Shown: positions 60,981 through 64,000 of the stretch, one piece after another
How positions within the stretch are numbered: position 1 is the stretch's first letter
Layout: every line of letters starts with the position of its first letter
From: Vicugna vicugna
Lineage: Eukaryota
NCBI GenBank assembly: GCA_013265495.1
Contig: MU058444.1
Coordinates: 2,480,001-2,544,000 of the forward strand
Reading direction: 5' to 3'
Length of the DNA: 64,000 nt
Notes under the pieces: model-generated
The model's database searches: none
Told to the model about the DNA's origin: nothing
The model's input: only the letters and a program-made list of their open reading frames with translations
Position numbers and translations under genes: made by a program

Positions 60981-62179
60981 AAAACTAGATGACAGAAAAC
61001 AAAAACAAAGCAAACTAGCTAGAAAGGAAGACAGTGAAACTGAAATAAAACTAATTCTTGAAGAATTCTAGTAGGTGTTGACTGTGACTAAAATAGATAC
61101 AGTGCAAAATGTCTTCCAACTCTCCTAGGCCTTTGTGAATTGTTGGTTTCTCACTATTAAAGTGGATTGTCCACCTTTTCTGATGGAAAGGATTTAAAGA
61201 AAAAACAGTCATTAAAGCCTTCATCGGATAAATCACTTTCAGAGGAAGTATGTTGTGCTTGACTGTTTGAGCAGTGACCAGCTTGGCTTACTGGTATTCC
61301 AGGAGTTACGATGACTTGTAAGAAGGGGAGTCCCCTTAAAGTCTGTGGAAATAACTCTGTGTAGAGGGGAGTAGTGGTTACTTTGGGGGTAATTTCAGCC
61401 AGCAAATGTTTTTCGAGCATTGACTACGTGTAGCCACAGAGTTCCAATTCTAAGAAATGCCAGAGAACTTCTTTTAAAAAATTGTATATTTTTAATTACT
61501 GGCAGTAGTTTAAAATTAAATAAGCTATTGGCTGGCATGCAGTAATATTTAATCTCAATTGTATTTTTCTAATTTAAGGGTTTTTATTGTGATAGATTTT
61601 TGTAAAGAACTTTGATAGAGGGTTTAATTTTGTAGATAAGAAAATGTCTTTATAGTCTACCAGAGGCTTGCTATATTGCTTTCTTTAGAGAAACTCATTT
61701 TGTTTCCCATAGCATGTTATTCAGAACACTGATCCTGTAGGATGCACTTTGAGCGAAAAGAATTATTTGATGACTTACCAAGTTGAGATACTGTGTACTC
61801 AAACTGCATGGAAAATCACATGTACATTAGCTTTAAGGCTTTGGAAGTCCTGCGCTGAAGGAACTCTTTAAACTCTGTATTGAAACCAGTGTTTCTGTAT
61901 TTACTTAACTTTATTACAGAGAATTTAAAAAAATGTATATAATGCATACTAACAGCTTTGAGAATTACTATTCTATGGCCATACTTAGAACAATGTTGTG
62001 TAGAAGATTTTTTTCAGGTTAAAGTCTTGACTTTTGCTGTGTCTCTTCTTTCCCCTTCCTGATAGAAGATTCTGTTGTATTGCTGACGAGGCCGTTCAGT
62101 ATTCTGGCCTCTATCTTGCAAATCCAGCGTTTGTGGCTTTGTGATTTCTTTTTACAAATGTAGCAACCTTTCTGAGATA

Positions 62180-62422
62180 CACTATGGTGTACTGCTTAAG
62201 TGCATGGATTCTAGAATCAGATTGGAGAACGAACATTTAAATCCTGGCATTATTATTTATCCTGGTGTACTTTATTTGACTGTCCTGTGCCTCAGTTTTA
62301 CCGTCATAAAATGGGAACAATACTAGGTACCTATCTCATAGAGTTATTGTGAGAATTAAATCTGAAATGCTTTTAGAGTAGTGCCTGGCACGTGGTAAGT
62401 GGTTCATAAGTGTCAGTTATTA
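62180..62422 (+). mobile_element. MIR SINE
   Basis: Core ctgtgcctcagttttaccgtcataaaatggg...ttgtgagaattaaat...gtgcctggcacgtggtaagtg. Confidence 0.8.
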
Positions 62423-62499
62423 TATACAACATGGTTAGAGAGTATGCAGGTAGATTTATAGATAACATAGCTGGATGGATTTAGAGACTGAAACAGTCT

Positions 62500-62714
62500 A
62501 GAGCATCTGGCTTAGTGCTTGGCACTGGCCCACTGCCTGTTTCTCTAAATAAAGCTTTATTGGAACATAGCCGTGCCCATTTGTTGACATCTTATCTGTG
62601 GCTGCTTTCGTGCTGCAGCAGCAGAGTTGAGTAGTTGTGAAAGAGACTATATGGGGTGCAAAGCCTGAGATATTTACTGTCTGGCCCTTTATGGGAAAAG
62701 TTTGCCACCCCTTG
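62500..62714 (+). mobile_element. MER58A-like non-autonomous hAT
   Basis: aataaagctttattggaacatagcc...gcagagttgagtagttgtg...aaagtttgccacccct. Confidence 0.8.
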
Positions 62715-63376
62715 GTATAGATGGCAGTGGATGCTTTATACTGGCACATGTTAAATGCTAATGCATGTCTGCTCTTTTTAGTACTATTCACTGAACAAAT
62801 ATTTAATAGGTTCTTGTGTACTTTACACTATAATATGGAAACTTTGAAAAAATGCATGAAAGTTTAAAATTGAAAATAATCATTCATATTTGCGTTCCGT
62901 AGGTAGCCGTTGACATTTATCATATTTATTTTCTGCCTTTTTCCTTCCCTGCAGATAGGGTTTCATCTTGAAATAATCTTTGTTTATATTTGGCCCCATT
63001 TGTTTAATATTGATAACCTGCTTGATATCAAAAGTATATTCCTCCTTCACTGAAAACATTGGTTAGTGTTTCTAATGACTTTCATGAAATGCACATACCA
63101 ACTGCACCCTGTATGTGCACACAGTACCCTGTTCTTGAAGATTAAGCTGTTTTGAACTTCGTGCAAACGTTAGCTGTCACTGGAATCAACCTCTTAGAGC
63201 ATGAACCTTAGTTTTGACCTACCTCTTTAGATACGATAGGATAGATTTCTAGCAGTGGAGTTACAGGAATAAAGAATTGTCAGTATTTTCTGACCGTTGA
63301 TGTGACAAAATCATTTTCTTAAGGAAACCAGGTTAGTAATCATAGGTTAATTGATTGTTTTTCTTAATATCTTTAG

Positions 63377-63488
63377 GAAAAAGTCGATTTTCAGCATGCC
63401 CATGGGTTACAAGAATTGGAATTTATTCGAGGACATTCTGATACTGAAGCAGCAAGACTGTGTGTGGACCAGTGGTTAAAAATGCCAG
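63377..63488 (+). CDS. ZNF451: ZNF451 coding exon 5 (EKVDFQHAHGLQELEFIRGHSDTEAARLCVDQWLKMP+G); the gene continues beyond the window
   Basis: Acceptor ctttag| at 63376, donor CAG|gtattc at 63489; 112 nt; in frame with exon 4. Confidence 0.93.
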
Positions 63489-64000
63489 GTATTCTTTAGA
63501 GATCAGAGTGGGACACTGAGGTTACCGAGCTTGTCTGAAGCCTTAAGGCATTTTGTCTGTTCTTTTCAGTGGCTAATAAGTATATAAAGTGTTGAAATTT
63601 AGTTTCAGTGATACTTAATAGGGAGCCTACTTTACCAATTGTCTTCCTGCTTTGGCAAAAGTGTATTTTGAGTATAAGTAATCCTTGAGCTGATTAGACA
63701 TTGTTTATTTATTCATTCCTAGGTTTCGTACATGTTATTACATGAAGTAGTTCAAATAGACATAGGAGAGGGTGTGTAACAGGTTATCTGAGGTCAGGAA
63801 AGGCTTCTCTAAGGAAATGGAATTTAAGCTAAGATGAAAAGAATTAGCGTTTACTTATTTGTCAGTGCAATCTGTGACAAGCTAGCAAAGCCTTGATTTT
63901 GTTGAAGTGTCCACACGGGAGGCCCTTCTGAAGCCCTGGGTAGCTTCTTCATCACTAACTCTTTGCGGACCTGAGATTCCTGGAGGAGTCACTGTGGAGC

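Noticed and set aside
1..64000. CRISPR arrays, operons or prokaryotic defence systems
   Set aside because: The sequence is intron- and repeat-rich mammalian DNA; no regularly spaced repeat-spacer array is present.

Overview
Mammalian genomic DNA, very probably camelid (it carries the camelid-type tRNA-derived SINE). The window covers the KIAA1586-ZNF451 locus on the + strand. (1) ZNF451 (SUMO E3 ligase): CpG-island promoter at ~30.8-31.5 kb, coding exons 1-5 with canonical splice sites, and the intact alternative terminal LAP2alpha-domain exon (40409-41902), which gives a 559-aa isoform. The zinc-finger exons lie beyond the window. (2) KIAA1586: a partial duplicate of the ZNF451 5' end spliced to a hAT (Blackjack-like) transposase exon. 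Here it is a dead gene: exon 2 is deleted, with at least 5 stops and at least 5 frameshifts, yet it keeps its CpG island and shares a 402-bp perfectly identical intronic tract with ZNF451. The most striking observation is that, downstream of the domesticated LAP2alpha (DIRS ORF1/gag) exon, decayed RT, RNase H and tyrosine-recombinase motifs can be read in the right order, so much of the parent DIRS retrotransposon appears to survive as a fossil. The two paralogous segments also give reciprocal empty sites for the hAT element and for an LTR. The rest is L1, L2, MIR, MER, LTR and SINE repeats, a tailless 5S retropseudogene and a 103-bp tandem duplication. Gene and repeat family names come from recalled sequence similarity, not from database searches. 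Repeat boundaries are approximate unless TSDs or termini are quoted.
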